Source: an uncultured Acidobacteriota bacterium
GTDB taxonomy: Bacteria > Acidobacteriota > Thermoanaerobaculia > UBA5066
DNA length: 64,000 nt
Direction of reading: 5' to 3'
Assembly (NCBI GenBank): GCA_963779415.1
Contig: CAVZYA010000003.1
Location: 192,001 to 256,000 of the forward strand
The position numbers were made by a program, and so were the translations under genes. Within the stretch, counting starts at the first letter, position 1; every line of letters starts with the position of its first letter. Below are positions 20,114 through 29,512 of this stretch, piece by piece. The notes beneath the pieces were generated by a model, which was not told the DNA's origin, made no database searches, and saw nothing but the letters and a program-made list of their open reading frames with translations.

Positions 20114-21193
20114 TCACCAGGTCCGGTCCAGGAAGCGGACGTCGTTCTCGAAGAGGAGGCGGAGGTCGGGGATGCCGTGGACGAGCATCGCGATCCGGTC
20201 GATGCCCCCCCCGAACGCAAAGCCGCTGTAGCGCTCCGGGTCGATCCCGCCGTTGGCGAGGACCTTCGGGTGAACCATCCCGGCCCCCATGATCTCGATC
20301 CACCCGGAGCCCGAGCAGACGCGGCACCCCTTCTGGTCGCAGAAGACGCACGAGACGGCCACGTCGACGCCCGGCTCGACGAACGGGAAGAAGGTCGGGC
20401 CGAATCGGACCTTTGCCTTCGGCGAGAAGAGCTGACGGAAGACCGCCGCGAGCGTCCCCTTCAGGTCGGAGAAGGTGATTCCCTCGTCCACCGTCAGTCC
20501 CTCGACCTGATGGAAGACCGGCGAGTGGCGCGGGTCGATGGCGTCCCTCCGGTAGACGCGGCCGGGAATGACGATCCGGATCGGCGGCTTCTGGCCGAGC
20601 ATCGTCCGGATCTGCACGGGCGAGGTGTGCGTCCGGAGGAGGAGCCGGTCGCGTCCCTCTCCGCCGTCCTTCACGAAGAACGTGTCGAATTCGTCGCGAG
20701 CCGGGTGGTCGGGCGGAAAGTTGAGGGCCTCGAAGTTGTACCAGTCGGTCTCGATGTCGGGGCCGTCCGCGACCTCGTAGCCGAGGGCGCGGAAGGCCTC
20801 CTCGATCCGGCGGCGGACCACCGTCAGCGGGTGGAGCCGCCCCACCGGAGGGACGCGCGGCGGGAGCGTCACGTCCACGGCCTGCGCCAGCACCCGTTCG
20901 CGCTGCTCGCGGGCAACGGCCATCTCTTCCAGGAGCGTCACCCGCTTCTCGGCGTCGGCCTTCGCCCGGTTGACGGCCGCCCCGAGGGCGGCCTTCTGGT
21001 CCTTCGGCGCCATCCGAAGCTGCTCCAGGAGGAAGCTGACGTGGCTCTGGCTCCGCCCCACGCACTTGACGCGCAGAGCCTGCACCTCGGAGGGCGTCAG
21101 CCCCCCTTTCGCAGCGGACTCCCTCTCAGCCTTCTCCAGTTCCTTCGAAAGCTGCTGGGCCGCGAACCCTACCGCCTCGGCAATCTCGCCCAA
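20114..21193 (-). CDS. pheS: Phenylalanine--tRNA ligase alpha subunit
   Basis: HPARD, LRTHTSPVQ, FHQVEGL, FPFVEP, GAGMVHP. Confidence 0.98.
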   Translation of the reverse strand: MGEIAEAVGFAAQQLSKELEKAERESAAKGGLTPSEVQALRVKCVGRSQSHVSFLLEQLRMAPKDQKAALGAAVNRAKADAEKRVTLLEEMAVAREQRERVLAQAVDVTLPPRVPPVGRLHPLTVVRRRIEEAFRALGYEVADGPDIETDWYNFEALNFPPDHPARDEFDTFFVKDGGEGRDRLLLRTHTSPVQIRTMLGQKPPIRIVIPGRVYRRDAIDPRHSPVFHQVEGLTVDEGITFSDLKGTLAAVFRQLFSPKAKVRFGPTFFPFVEPGVDVAVSCVFCDQKGCRVCSGSGWIEIMGAGMVHPKVLANGGIDPERYSGFAFGGGIDRIAMLVHGIPDLRLLFENDVRFLDRTW

Positions 21194-21202
21194 GGTCTTC
21201 GG

Positions 21203-21580
21203 TCAGGCGCTCGCGGGGGCGGCGGCTCCGAGGGCGCTCTTGGCCGAGGCGACGAGCGACGCGAAGCCCTTCGGGTCCTGGACGGCGATCTCGGCGAGCA
21301 TCTTCCGGTTCACGTCCGAGCCCGCCTTCTTCAGCCCCGCCATCAGCTTCGAGTAGCTCATGTCGTGCATCCGGGCGGCCGCGTTGATCCGGACGATCCA
21401 GAGTCCGCGAAAATCGCGCTTCCTCTGCTTCCGGTCGCGGGTCGCATAGACCATCGAGCGCTCGACCTGCAGCTCTGCGATCCGGAAGCAGTTGTGCTTC
21501 GTTCCGTAATATCCCTTGGCCAGCTCGAGCACGCGCTCGCGGCGGTTCTTTCTCTTCGGTCCACGCTTGACGCGGGGCAT
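21203..21580 (-). CDS. rplT: 50S ribosomal protein L20
   Basis: [32 protein letters not shown]. Confidence 0.98.
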   Translation of the reverse strand: MPRVKRGPKRKNRRERVLELAKGYYGTKHNCFRIAELQVERSMVYATRDRKQRKRDFRGLWIVRINAAARMHDMSYSKLMAGLKKAGSDVNRKMLAEIAVQDPKGFASLVASAKSALGAAAPASA

Positions 21581-21606
21581 CGTCGTTTCTCCTTATTCCT
21601 GGGGGC

Positions 21607-21810
21607 TCACGCGTACGGGAGCATCGTCCGGACGACCCGGATGTCGGCCTTCGACACGAGGGTCTCCTTGTCGAGCTGCCGCAGGCGTCCGGAGCTTTTC
21701 TTCGTGAGGATGTGCCGCTTCATCGCATGGCTCCGCTTGAACTTGCCGGTGGCGGTCTTGCGGAACCTCTTCGCGGCTCCCCGGTGGGTCTTTCTCTTGT
21801 AGGTGGCCAT
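21607..21810 (-). CDS. rpmI: 50S ribosomal protein L35
   Basis: [21 protein letters not shown]. Confidence 0.97.
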   Translation of the reverse strand: MATYKRKTHRGAAKRFRKTATGKFKRSHAMKRHILTKKSSGRLRQLDKETLVSKADIRVVRTMLPYA

Positions 21811-21836
21811 CTTGGATCGCTCCTTCGCGTGGGATG

Positions 21837-22385
21837 TCAGTGCTTCTTCGCCGGGCCGAGGATGAGATGCATCCGGTTTCCGAGGACCTCGGAGTTCCCT
21901 TCCGCGTGGGCCTTCGGGCCGAGGTCGCCGACGAGCCGGTCCAGGACCTTCCGGCCGTTGTCCATGCGCGACATCTCGCGCCCGCGGAACTGGACGGTCG
22001 CCTTGACCTTGTCCCCCTCTTCCAGGAACCGGATGATGTTCTTCAGCTTGAAGTCGTAGTCGTGGTCGTCGATGTTCGGCCGGAACTTGACTTCCTTGAC
22101 CTGCGTCACCTTCTGCCGCTTCTTCGACTCGTGCTCTTTCTTCTTCTTCTCGAAGATGAACTTGCCGAAGTCCATCACCTTGCAGACCGGGGGGCTGGCC
22201 TGCTCCGCGATGACGACGACGTCGAGCCCCTCCTCACGCCCCTTCGCGAGCGCCGTCTGCGGGTCGACGACGCCGAGCTGCTCTCCCGTCGAGCTGATCA
22301 GGCGCACATTGGGGAAGCGGAGGATGTACTCGTTGATCGGGGAGTTCTTCGTGGGGGGGATGCGCGGTCCGCCTCGAAAGTAAAT
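21837..22385 (-). CDS. infC: Translation initiation factor IF-3 (AUU start)
   Basis: GGAGG-7nt-ATT at 22385, in frame with [32 protein letters not shown]. Confidence 0.95.
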   Translation of the reverse strand: MYFRGGPRIPPTKNSPINEYILRFPNVRLISSTGEQLGVVDPQTALAKGREEGLDVVVIAEQASPPVCKVMDFGKFIFEKKKKEHESKKRQKVTQVKEVKFRPNIDDHDYDFKLKNIIRFLEEGDKVKATVQFRGREMSRMDNGRKVLDRLVGDLGPKAHAEGNSEVLGNRMHLILGPAKKH

Positions 22386-22462
22386 GTTGATTCCTCCTGT
22401 CTTGTTACGCGGCCTGTTGAGTTCGTTCTCTGATTCGCGCCTTCATCGATTTTGTCAGGGCA

Positions 22463-24460
22463 CTAGGAGATCTTTTTAGAAGGGGAATAAATCTGGCCCA
22501 TGGACTCGTGCCAGACGAGGGAGCGCGACGCGACGGCGGATTTCATTCTCTCGATGAGGTTCTCGAGCTTGAGGTCTTTCTCTTCCTTGCCGTGGCGCTC
22601 CCGCAGCGAGACCGTGCCGGCGCCCTGCTCCTTCTCTCCGACGATCAGGAGCGCCGGGACCTTTTCCAGCTCCCCCGCGCGGATCTTTGCGCCCAGCTTC
22701 TCGCTCCGGAGATCGCACGTCGCGCGGAGCCCGGCCCCTCTCAGCTTTCGAAGAACCTCTTCTCCGTATTGATTGGACTTCTCCGAGACCGGGACGACCC
22801 GCACCTGCTCCGGCGCGAGCCAGAACGGGAAGTCGCCCCCCGTGTGCTCGACGAGAATCCCGAAGAACCGCTCGATCGACCCGAGGATGGCGCGGTGGAG
22901 GACGACCGGGCGCTTCTTCGACCCGTCCTCGGCCGTGTAGTGGAGGTCGAACCGCTCCGGGTTCGAGAAGTCGACCTGGAGCGTCCCGAGCTGCCAGGCA
23001 CGGCCGATGGCGTCCGTCACCTGGAAGTCGAGCTTCGGGCCGTAGAACGCCCCGTCGCCGTGGTTCACGAAGTACGACCACCCCTCGAGCGTCGCCGCGC
23101 GCTCCTCGAATGCCTGTGCGAGCGCCCGCTCGGCCTTGTCCCAGTTCTCGATCACGCCCATGAACTTCTCCGGGCGCGTCCCGAGCCCCACCTTCACCTC
23201 GCCGAAGCCGAACGTGTCGTAGACCTCGCGGATGAAGTCCAGGAAACGGTCCATCTCCGCCGGCATCTGGTCCAGCGTCACGAAGATGTGAGAGTCGTCC
23301 TGGCAGAACGTCCTCACGCGCGTGAGGCCCTGCGTCACGCCGGAGCGCTCGTACCGGTGAAGGCGCCCGAAGTCGGCGTAGCGGACCGGAAGGTCGCGGT
23401 ACGAGAAGGCGTGCAGCCCGAACATCAGGAAGTGCGCCGGGCAGTTCATCGGCTTGACGCCGTACTCCCGCTCGTCGATCTCCGTGAAGTACATGTTCTC
23501 GCGGTAGTTCTGGTAGTGCCCCGACTGCTTGAACAGCTCCACGTCGAAGATCTGCGGCGTGATGACCTCCTCGTAGCCGTACTTCACGTAGAGCTCGCGG
23601 ATGTAGTCGACGAGGAGGTTGTAGACCGTCGCCCCCTTCGGGAGGAAGAAGGGCGAGGCCGGGGCCCACGGATGGAAGAGGAAGAGCGAAAGCTCCTTCC
23701 CCACCTTCCGGTGGTCGCGCCCCTTCGCCGCCTCGACCCGGGCGAGATGCTCCTCCAGCTCCTTCTGCGAGAGGAACGACGCCCCGTAGATCCGCTGGAG
23801 CATCGGGTTCCGCTCGTCTCCCTTCCAGTAGGCGCCGGCGGAGTGCGTCAGCTTGAAGACGCCGAGCTTCCCGGTCGACGGGACGTGCGGGCCGCGGCAG
23901 AGATCGATGAAGTCGGCCTGCCGGTAGCAGGAGACGGTGTCGTCCGGGATGCCCGCCACGATCTCGACCTTCAGCGGGTCCCCCTGCGCCTCGAAAATCT
24001 TCACGGCTTCGCTTTTTTTCATCTCGACGCGGAGGATTTCATTATCTTCGGCGACGATCTTCCGCATCTCGGCCTCGATCCTCTCGAGGTCCTCGGGCGT
24101 GAAGGGGCGGCCGGGGTCGAAGTCGTAGTAGTAGCCGTTCTCGATGGCCGGGCCGATCCCGATCCTGACTCCCGGGAAGAGCCGCTTGACGGCGTTGGCC
24201 GTCAGGTGGGCCGTGGAGTGGCGGTAGAGCTCGAGCGCGTCGGTATGCTTCGGCGTCACGACCTCGAACGGGCCGGACTCCGGAAGGGGGCGCGAGAGAT
24301 CGAGGAGCCGGCCGTTCAACTTGACGGCGAGGGCGTCCTTGGCCAGGCGCGCGCCGATCGACTCGGCGACCGTGCGCCCGGTCGTCCCCTTCGGGACCTC
24401 TCTTACGGACCCGTCGGGAAGCGTCAGGCGGATGGCGTCGTGGGCGATTGTTGCGGACAT
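22463..24460 (-). CDS. thrS: Threonine--tRNA ligase
   Basis: TGS domain, HSTAH, DLCRGPH, RDHRK, KPMNCP, GAFYGPK, HRAILGSIERF. Confidence 0.98.
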   Translation of the reverse strand: MSATIAHDAIRLTLPDGSVREVPKGTTGRTVAESIGARLAKDALAVKLNGRLLDLSRPLPESGPFEVVTPKHTDALELYRHSTAHLTANAVKRLFPGVRIGIGPAIENGYYYDFDPGRPFTPEDLERIEAEMRKIVAEDNEILRVEMKKSEAVKIFEAQGDPLKVEIVAGIPDDTVSCYRQADFIDLCRGPHVPSTGKLGVFKLTHSAGAYWKGDERNPMLQRIYGASFLSQKELEEHLARVEAAKGRDHRKVGKELSLFLFHPWAPASPFFLPKGATVYNLLVDYIRELYVKYGYEEVITPQIFDVELFKQSGHYQNYRENMYFTEIDEREYGVKPMNCPAHFLMFGLHAFSYRDLPVRYADFGRLHRYERSGVTQGLTRVRTFCQDDSHIFVTLDQMPAEMDRFLDFIREVYDTFGFGEVKVGLGTRPEKFMGVIENWDKAERALAQAFEERAATLEGWSYFVNHGDGAFYGPKLDFQVTDAIGRAWQLGTLQVDFSNPERFDLHYTAEDGSKKRPVVLHRAILGSIERFFGILVEHTGGDFPFWLAPEQVRVVPVSEKSNQYGEEVLRKLRGAGLRATCDLRSEKLGAKIRAGELEKVPALLIVGEKEQGAGTVSLRERHGKEEKDLKLENLIERMKSAVASRSLVWHESMGQIYSPSKKIS

Positions 24461-24534
24461 GGCTCGACCTCTCCTTTCTCTCTCCGGAAAGAAACGAGCC
24501 GGTTCGGCTTTTCCTGAGGCCTGTCGAGGGGGGG

Positions 24535-24610
24535 TGGTAGGCGCTAGCGGACTCGAACCGCTGACCCCTTCCGTGTGAAGGAAGTGCTCTACCGACTGAG
24601 CTAAGCGCCT
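24535..24610 (-). tRNA. tRNA-Val(CAC)
   Basis: AGGCGCTTAGCTCAG...CTTCC-TT-CAC-AC-GGAAG...GGTTCGAGTCC...GCGCCTACCA; CCA encoded. Confidence 0.95.
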
Positions 24611-24644
24611 GCGGAGCGGATGCCGCGCATGTCCGGGAAGCGGA

Positions 24645-24719
<75 letters not shown>

Positions 24720-24797
24720 TCTTCCGTCGTCCCGGGGGCTGCCGGCGGGAGACCCGACAGGGTGCTTGCTTACCCGCCCTCGACCCGGATCGTCTTC

Positions 24798-24845
24798 TCC
24801 AAAGAGCATTTCCCGGTATTTGCCGGGGCGGCGGAGGATACCACA
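24798..24845 (-). promoter_or_regulatory. Extended -10 promoter, short hairpin and boxA-like sequence upstream of the tRNA-Val/thrS operon
   Basis: TGTGG-TATCCT (24835-24845), CCCGG-CAAATA-CCGGG hairpin (24812-24827), TGCTCTTTGGA (24798-24808). Confidence 0.55.
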
Positions 24846-24947
24846 GCGCCCTGCTATTCAGGCCCGGGAAGGGCCCGGATCCTCCTTCCGGCGCCTCGTG
24901 CCGGTCGGCCTTCGGCGGCTCTCTCGCCGAGATAAGCTCTCAACCAC

Positions 24948-27644
24948 GTGACGCGCTGTAACCGCTGCGGATCGGAGCTGCCGGACCCGGGCCGGTTCTG
25001 CCCGTCGTGCGGCGCGGATCTCGGTTCGGCGTCGCGCCTCCCGACCGAGCTCGGCGCGGCCCCCGCCCCGCCGCGTCCTCCGTCGTCCATCGGGCGGCTC
25101 GCGACCTCCGACTCGATCGACCTCGGCGCCTTCACGCCGGGGACGATGGTCGGCGGCCGGTACCGGATCATCGGCCTTCTCGGCCGGGGCGGGATGGGCG
25201 AGGTCTACCGCGCCGACGACCTGAAGCTCGGGCAGGCCGTCGCGCTCAAGTTCCTGCCGAAGGCGGTTTCGAGCGACGAAGGTCTGCTCGCCCGTTTTCA
25301 CGCGGAAGTGCGCCTCGCGCGGCAGGTCTCCCACCCGAACGTCTGCCGCGTCTACGACATCGACGAGGTGGAGGGGCAGCACTTCCTCTCCATGGAGTAC
25401 GTGGACGGAGAGGACCTCGCCTCGCTCCTCAAGCGAATCGGCCACCTTCACGGCGACAAGGCCCTCGAAGTGGCACGGCAGCTCTGCGCCGGCGTCGCCG
25501 CCGCCCACGAGAAAGGGGTCCTCCACCGCGACCTGAAGCCCGCGAACGTCATGCTCGACGGGCGCGGCCGGGTCCGGATCACCGACTTCGGCCTCGCCGT
25601 CGCCGGCGAGGAGGCGGGCGCGGGGCGCGAGGTCGCCGGCACACCCGCGTACATGTCTCCGGAGCAGCTCGCCGGAAAGGGCGCGTCCGTCCGGAGCGAT
25701 CTCTACTCGCTCGGCCTCGTTCTCTACGAGATCTACACGGGAAAGCGCGCCTTCGACGGGCCGACCCTCGCCGAGATCCGGCGCAAGCACGCCGAAGAGC
25801 CGCCCGCGCCGCCATCCAGCGTGACCTCCGGGATCGACCCTGTCGTCGAACGGGTCATCCTCCGCTGCCTCGAAAAAGACCCGAAGGCCCGCCCCTCTTC
25901 GGCCCTGCAGGTCGCCTCGGCGCTCCCCGGCGGCGACCCGCTCGCCGCGGCCCTCGCGGCCGGCGAGACGCCGTCCCCCGAGATGGTCGCCGCCGCGGGA
26001 GAAGAGGGGACGCTCGCCGCGGGCCCCGCGTGGGCCCTCCTCGGCGGCGTCGTCGTCCTCCTCGTCGCCGTCGTCCTCGTCTCGGGCCTCTCGAGAGACA
26101 TCGGCCTCGCCCCCCCCGAGAAGTCCCGCGACTCGCTCATGGACCGGGCCCGCGACGTGACCGCCCGTCTCGGCTGGACCGAGCCCCCGGCCGACTCTGC
26201 AGGCGCGTTCGTCCGCGACTACCCGTTCCTCTCGTGGATGGCCCGGAACGCGCCGCCCCGCTGGGCGAGGCAGCTCTCCTCATCGTGGTGGACCCCGTAC
26301 TTCTTCCGGTACCGGCAGAGCCCGAGGCCGCTCGTCCCCTACGACTTCCGGGGTCTCGTCAGGGCGGACGACCCTCCGATGAACGTCTCGGGGATGGTCA
26401 CCGTCACCCTCGACACTCGGGGCCGCCTCCGGAGCTTCCTCGCCGTTCCGAACCAGGTGAAGGCCGCGGCCGTGACGACGACGCCGGCATGGGAAGCCCT
26501 CTTCTCGGACGCGGGCCTCGACTTCAAGGCATTCTCGCCGTCGGAGGCGGCGTGGCTCCCTCCCGTTGCCTACGACTCCGTCTTCGGCTGGACGGGGACC
26601 GTCCCGGGGAGAGCGGATGCCGTGCTGAAGGTCGTCGCCGCCGTCCAGCAGGGCCGGCTGGTCTACTTCGAGCTGATCGCGCCCTGGAGCGAGGCCGCGC
26701 AGGTGACGGAACGTCCGACGGCGCTTCGGACGAAGATCTCGGAGATCGTCTTCTTCGTCCTCGGTATCTGTTTCACCATCGCAGCCCTTTACTTCGCAAG
26801 GAGGAACCTGCGGCTCGGACGCGGGGACAAGGCGGGTGCTGTTCGACTGGCCACGGGGGTCTTCCTTCTCGCAATCCTCGCCCACCTCCTCGCGCGCCAC
26901 TTCAGCCTTGCGCCCGGCGCTCTCGGCCGCGCGTTCGGGGAAAGCCTCGGCGACAGCCTTCCCCCGGCGGTCATCGTCGGCGTCGTCTATCTCGCGCTCG
27001 AGCCCTACTTCCGAAGGCGCTATCCGGAGCTTCTCGTCTCCTGGGCGCGGCTCTTCTCCGGAAAGCTCCGGGACCCGCTCGTCGGAAGGGACCACCTCTG
27101 GGGCGTCATCGCCGGCCTCACCGCCTGTCTCGTCCTCTGCCTCGAGAACATTCCCCCCGCGCTCTTCCGGGCCCCCGGCCAGACGCCGGTATGGTTCGAC
27201 CCGTCTTCGGTCGCCGGCCTCGGCGGCTTCGTTTCCTATGTCGCCAGCTCGGTGGTGGCGAGCTTCGTCTGGCTCTTCATGACCACCGCCTCGCTCTTCT
27301 TCGGCCGCCTCGTCCTCCGAAAGGCCGCGCTCGCGGCCGCCGTGCCGTGGCTCGTCGTCTTCCTGAGCTTCCTCGGGGGAGAAAACCCGCTCTTCGAGCT
27401 GACCGGCGGGATCCTTCTCGCGACGCTCTTCCTCTTCCTCCTCTTCCACAGCGGTCTCCTCGGCCTCGCGGTGGGGTTCGGCGTCTTCAGCGTCCTCTCG
27501 ACGGCCCCGCTCACCCCCGACGTCTCCCGGTGGTTCTCGGGCTACGGTTTTTCCTGCGTCGCGGTCGTCCTCGCGATCGCGCTCTACGGCTTCTGGGCGG
27601 CGCGCGGCGGAGCCGTCCTCTCCGGCCTCGCGGCCGACGACTGA
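24948..27644 (+). CDS. Membrane-bound Hanks-type Ser/Thr protein kinase
   Basis: Zn ribbon CNRC..CPSC; GRGGMGEV, VALK, HRDLKPAN, DFG, GTPAYMSPE; TM, extracytoplasmic domain, then multi-TM C-terminus. Confidence 0.93.
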   Translation: MTRCNRCGSELPDPGRFCPSCGADLGSASRLPTELGAAPAPPRPPSSIGRLATSDSIDLGAFTPGTMVGGRYRIIGLLGRGGMGEVYRADDLKLGQAVALKFLPKAVSSDEGLLARFHAEVRLARQVSHPNVCRVYDIDEVEGQHFLSMEYVDGEDLASLLKRIGHLHGDKALEVARQLCAGVAAAHEKGVLHRDLKPANVMLDGRGRVRITDFGLAVAGEEAGAGREVAGTPAYMSPEQLAGKGASVRSDLYSLGLVLYEIYTGKRAFDGPTLAEIRRKHAEEPPAPPSSVTSGIDPVVERVILRCLEKDPKARPSSALQVASALPGGDPLAAALAAGETPSPEMVAAAGEEGTLAAGPAWALLGGVVVLLVAVVLVSGLSRDIGLAPPEKSRDSLMDRARDVTARLGWTEPPADSAGAFVRDYPFLSWMARNAPPRWARQLSSSWWTPYFFRYRQSPRPLVPYDFRGLVRADDPPMNVSGMVTVTLDTRGRLRSFLAVPNQVKAAAVTTTPAWEALFSDAGLDFKAFSPSEAAWLPPVAYDSVFGWTGTVPGRADAVLKVVAAVQQGRLVYFELIAPWSEAAQVTERPTALRTKISEIVFFVLGICFTIAALYFARRNLRLGRGDKAGAVRLATGVFLLAILAHLLARHFSLAPGALGRAFGESLGDSLPPAVIVGVVYLALEPYFRRRYPELLVSWARLFSGKLRDPLVGRDHLWGVIAGLTACLVLCLENIPPALFRAPGQTPVWFDPSSVAGLGGFVSYVASSVVASFVWLFMTTASLFFGRLVLRKAALAAAVPWLVVFLSFLGGENPLFELTGGILLATLFLFLLFHSGLLGLAVGFGVFSVLSTAPLTPDVSRWFSGYGFSCVAVVLAIALYGFWAARGGAVLSGLAADD

Positions 27645-28100
27645 TCAGGCCGTCTTCTTCCGCACCCAGAGCGTCTTCGTGACCCGGGCGACGAGCGTCC
27701 CGTCGTCGGCCACGATCTCTCCCGTGTAGACCGGCTCGGCGATCTCTCCCGCGTCGGCCAGCGCCTTCACCCGCGCGATCTCCTCCGGCGGGACGTGATA
27801 GCGCCCGGTGACGCGTCCGCGGCCGGGCTTGAGGAACTCGATCGTCGCCTTCTTGTCCCAGACGATGTAGCCCGGGCCGACGTGCTTCGCCACGATGAAG
27901 ACGAAGAAGGGGTCCGTCATGGCGTAGAGCGACCCGCCGAAATGCGTCCCGAAGAGGTTCCGGTTGTAAAGGCGGAGCTTCATCGAGACGACGATCGTGT
28001 ACGGGTCGTCCTTCGGATATCTCACCCGGATCCCCGCGCCGAGAAAGGGCGGGTAGAAGTTCACGAACTTCATCAAGAGGCGTTGACGGAAGCTGCTCAT
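27645..28100 (-). CDS. DUF4442/hotdog-fold thioesterase-like protein
   Basis: NFYPPFLGAGI, GTHFGGSLYAMTDPF, WDKKATIEFLKPG. Confidence 0.85.
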   Translation of the reverse strand: MSSFRQRLLMKFVNFYPPFLGAGIRVRYPKDDPYTIVVSMKLRLYNRNLFGTHFGGSLYAMTDPFFVFIVAKHVGPGYIVWDKKATIEFLKPGRGRVTGRYHVPPEEIARVKALADAGEIAEPVYTGEIVADDGTLVARVTKTLWVRKKTA

Positions 28101-28142
28101 CGTGCGAGAACGACGCGCGGTTGGCTCACCGGTGGCGTCACC

Positions 28143-28484
28143 CTAGAGCTCGCCCAGACGGCGGAGCTTTTCCTCGACTTCCTTGAGGAGAGGGCGCGGC
28201 AGAGCGCGCAGAGGACGGACGAACCGCCCGTTGTCGATGGCACGGCTCTGATCGATCATGACCTCGCACGCCTCCCGGTTCCCGGCGATCCCCCGGGGGA
28301 GAGGCACACGGAGGAGGTTCTCTCCCGAGAGCCGGGTCGTGCAGGGTACGACCCACGTCGACGGATGGCCGGCGTCGTTCAGGAGGTCCGTCTGGATGAT
28401 CAGCACCGGTCGCACTTTTCCCGGCTCGGTCCCGAGGCGCGGATCCAGATTCGCCAGATAGAGCCACCCGCGCCGGACTCTCAC
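28143..28484 (-). CDS. PemK/MazF family toxin
   Basis: RRGWLYLANLDP..GTEPGKVRPVLIIQ, DQSRAID..RF. Confidence 0.9.
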   Translation of the reverse strand: MRVRRGWLYLANLDPRLGTEPGKVRPVLIIQTDLLNDAGHPSTWVVPCTTRLSGENLLRVPLPRGIAGNREACEVMIDQSRAIDNGRFVRPLRALPRPLLKEVEEKLRRLGEL

Positions 28485-28735
28485 AGCTTGTCGAGAGATT
28501 CCCCAGCGAGGAGGTCGAGTTCCTTCAGCTCTACGGAGAGCGATGCCCTCGTAGCGTTCGAGGCGCGCCGGTATCCCTCTCGCAGGCTGACCCGGTCCGT
28601 CACTTCCTGAAGAAGGCGAAGACCACGGCGGACGACCTCGACCTTCGTCCTGGCCTTGAGCCTCGCTTGCAGAGACAGAACGAGCTTCAGCTCATCCGGT
28701 GGCAGCGTGATGCTCGACTTGGTATTCACTTTCAT
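28481..28735 (-). CDS. Putative ribbon-helix-helix antitoxin
   Basis: 84 aa, SITLP...KVEVVRRGL, 4-nt overlap with the toxin. Confidence 0.7.
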   Translation of the reverse strand: MKVNTKSSITLPPDELKLVLSLQARLKARTKVEVVRRGLRLLQEVTDRVSLREGYRRASNATRASLSVELKELDLLAGESLDKL

Positions 28736-28741
28736 ACCTGA

Positions 28742-28770
28742 ATGATACCCTCGTTCGCCCCGGGCTTCAA
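28742..28770 (-). promoter_or_regulatory. Sigma70 promoter of the MazF-type TA operon (leaderless)
   Basis: TTGAAG-17nt-TATCAT-6nt-ATG. Confidence 0.65.
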
Positions 28771-28801
28771 TGGCACGGCGGGAGACCGGGGTTCCAGGAC
28801 T

Positions 28802-29470
28802 TCACTCCCGGTGGCCGGCCTCCGGCTTCTTCATCGACGAGAAGGGAACGTCGAGGACCGGATAGTCACGCCAGTCCTTGTAGTCGAAATGCCACCATTC
28901 CCACGGATAGACGAAGAAGCCTTCCTGCTCCATCGCGTTTCGCAGCAGGTCGCGGCGCCTGAGGGCCTCCTTCGGCCCTTCCTCGTACGTCACGTACGAC
29001 CGCTTCGACATCTCGTCGTAGGCGCCCCCCATGTCGGCCTGCTTCCCGGTGGCGAGGTCGACCAGCGAGAGGTCGACCGCACACCCCCGGTTGTGTCGCG
29101 AGCCGGACCTCGGGTCGGCGACGAAGATCTTCTTGTCGTCGGGCGTCAGGTCCCAGAACTGCTTCGTCACCCTCCACGGCCGGTAGCCGTCGAAGACGAC
29201 GAGCGCCCAGCCCTTCTTCTTCAGCGCCTCGTTCACGCGGACGAGCGCCTCGGCGGCCGGGCGCTGCAGGAAGGCGCGCGCCTCCGGATAGAAAGGCCGC
29301 CCGAACTCGTTCTTCGCGCTCGCGTAACGGACGTCGAGCCGGATCGTCGGATCGAGCGTCCCCATCTCGACGAGGTCCGGCGCCCGGAGCGGGCGCATCT
29401 CCTTCGGCGGGCCCTCCTGGGCGAGAAGTGAGAGCGGAAGGAAGAGAGTAGCCGCGAGCATGCGTCGCAT
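28802..29470 (-). CDS. ddpX: D-alanyl-D-alanine dipeptidase (M15D, VanX/DdpX family) with signal peptide
   Basis: FDGYRP, SRHNRGCAVD, EWWHF; start ATG 29470 (MRRMLAATLFL). Confidence 0.88.
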   Translation of the reverse strand: MRRMLAATLFLPLSLLAQEGPPKEMRPLRAPDLVEMGTLDPTIRLDVRYASAKNEFGRPFYPEARAFLQRPAAEALVRVNEALKKKGWALVVFDGYRPWRVTKQFWDLTPDDKKIFVADPRSGSRHNRGCAVDLSLVDLATGKQADMGGAYDEMSKRSYVTYEEGPKEALRRRDLLRNAMEQEGFFVYPWEWWHFDYKDWRDYPVLDVPFSSMKKPEAGHRE

Positions 29471-29512
29471 GGAGCGCGAGCTTACCCCTCCCCTGTTACG
29501 CTTCTTCCCCGA

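Noticed and set aside
22386-22462. L20 leader or attenuator between thrS and infC
   Set aside because: AT-richer spacer, but no convincing stem or terminator was seen.
28802-29470. VanX as evidence of vancomycin resistance
   Set aside because: No vanH/vanA or regulators nearby. The signal peptide fits a housekeeping periplasmic dipeptidase.
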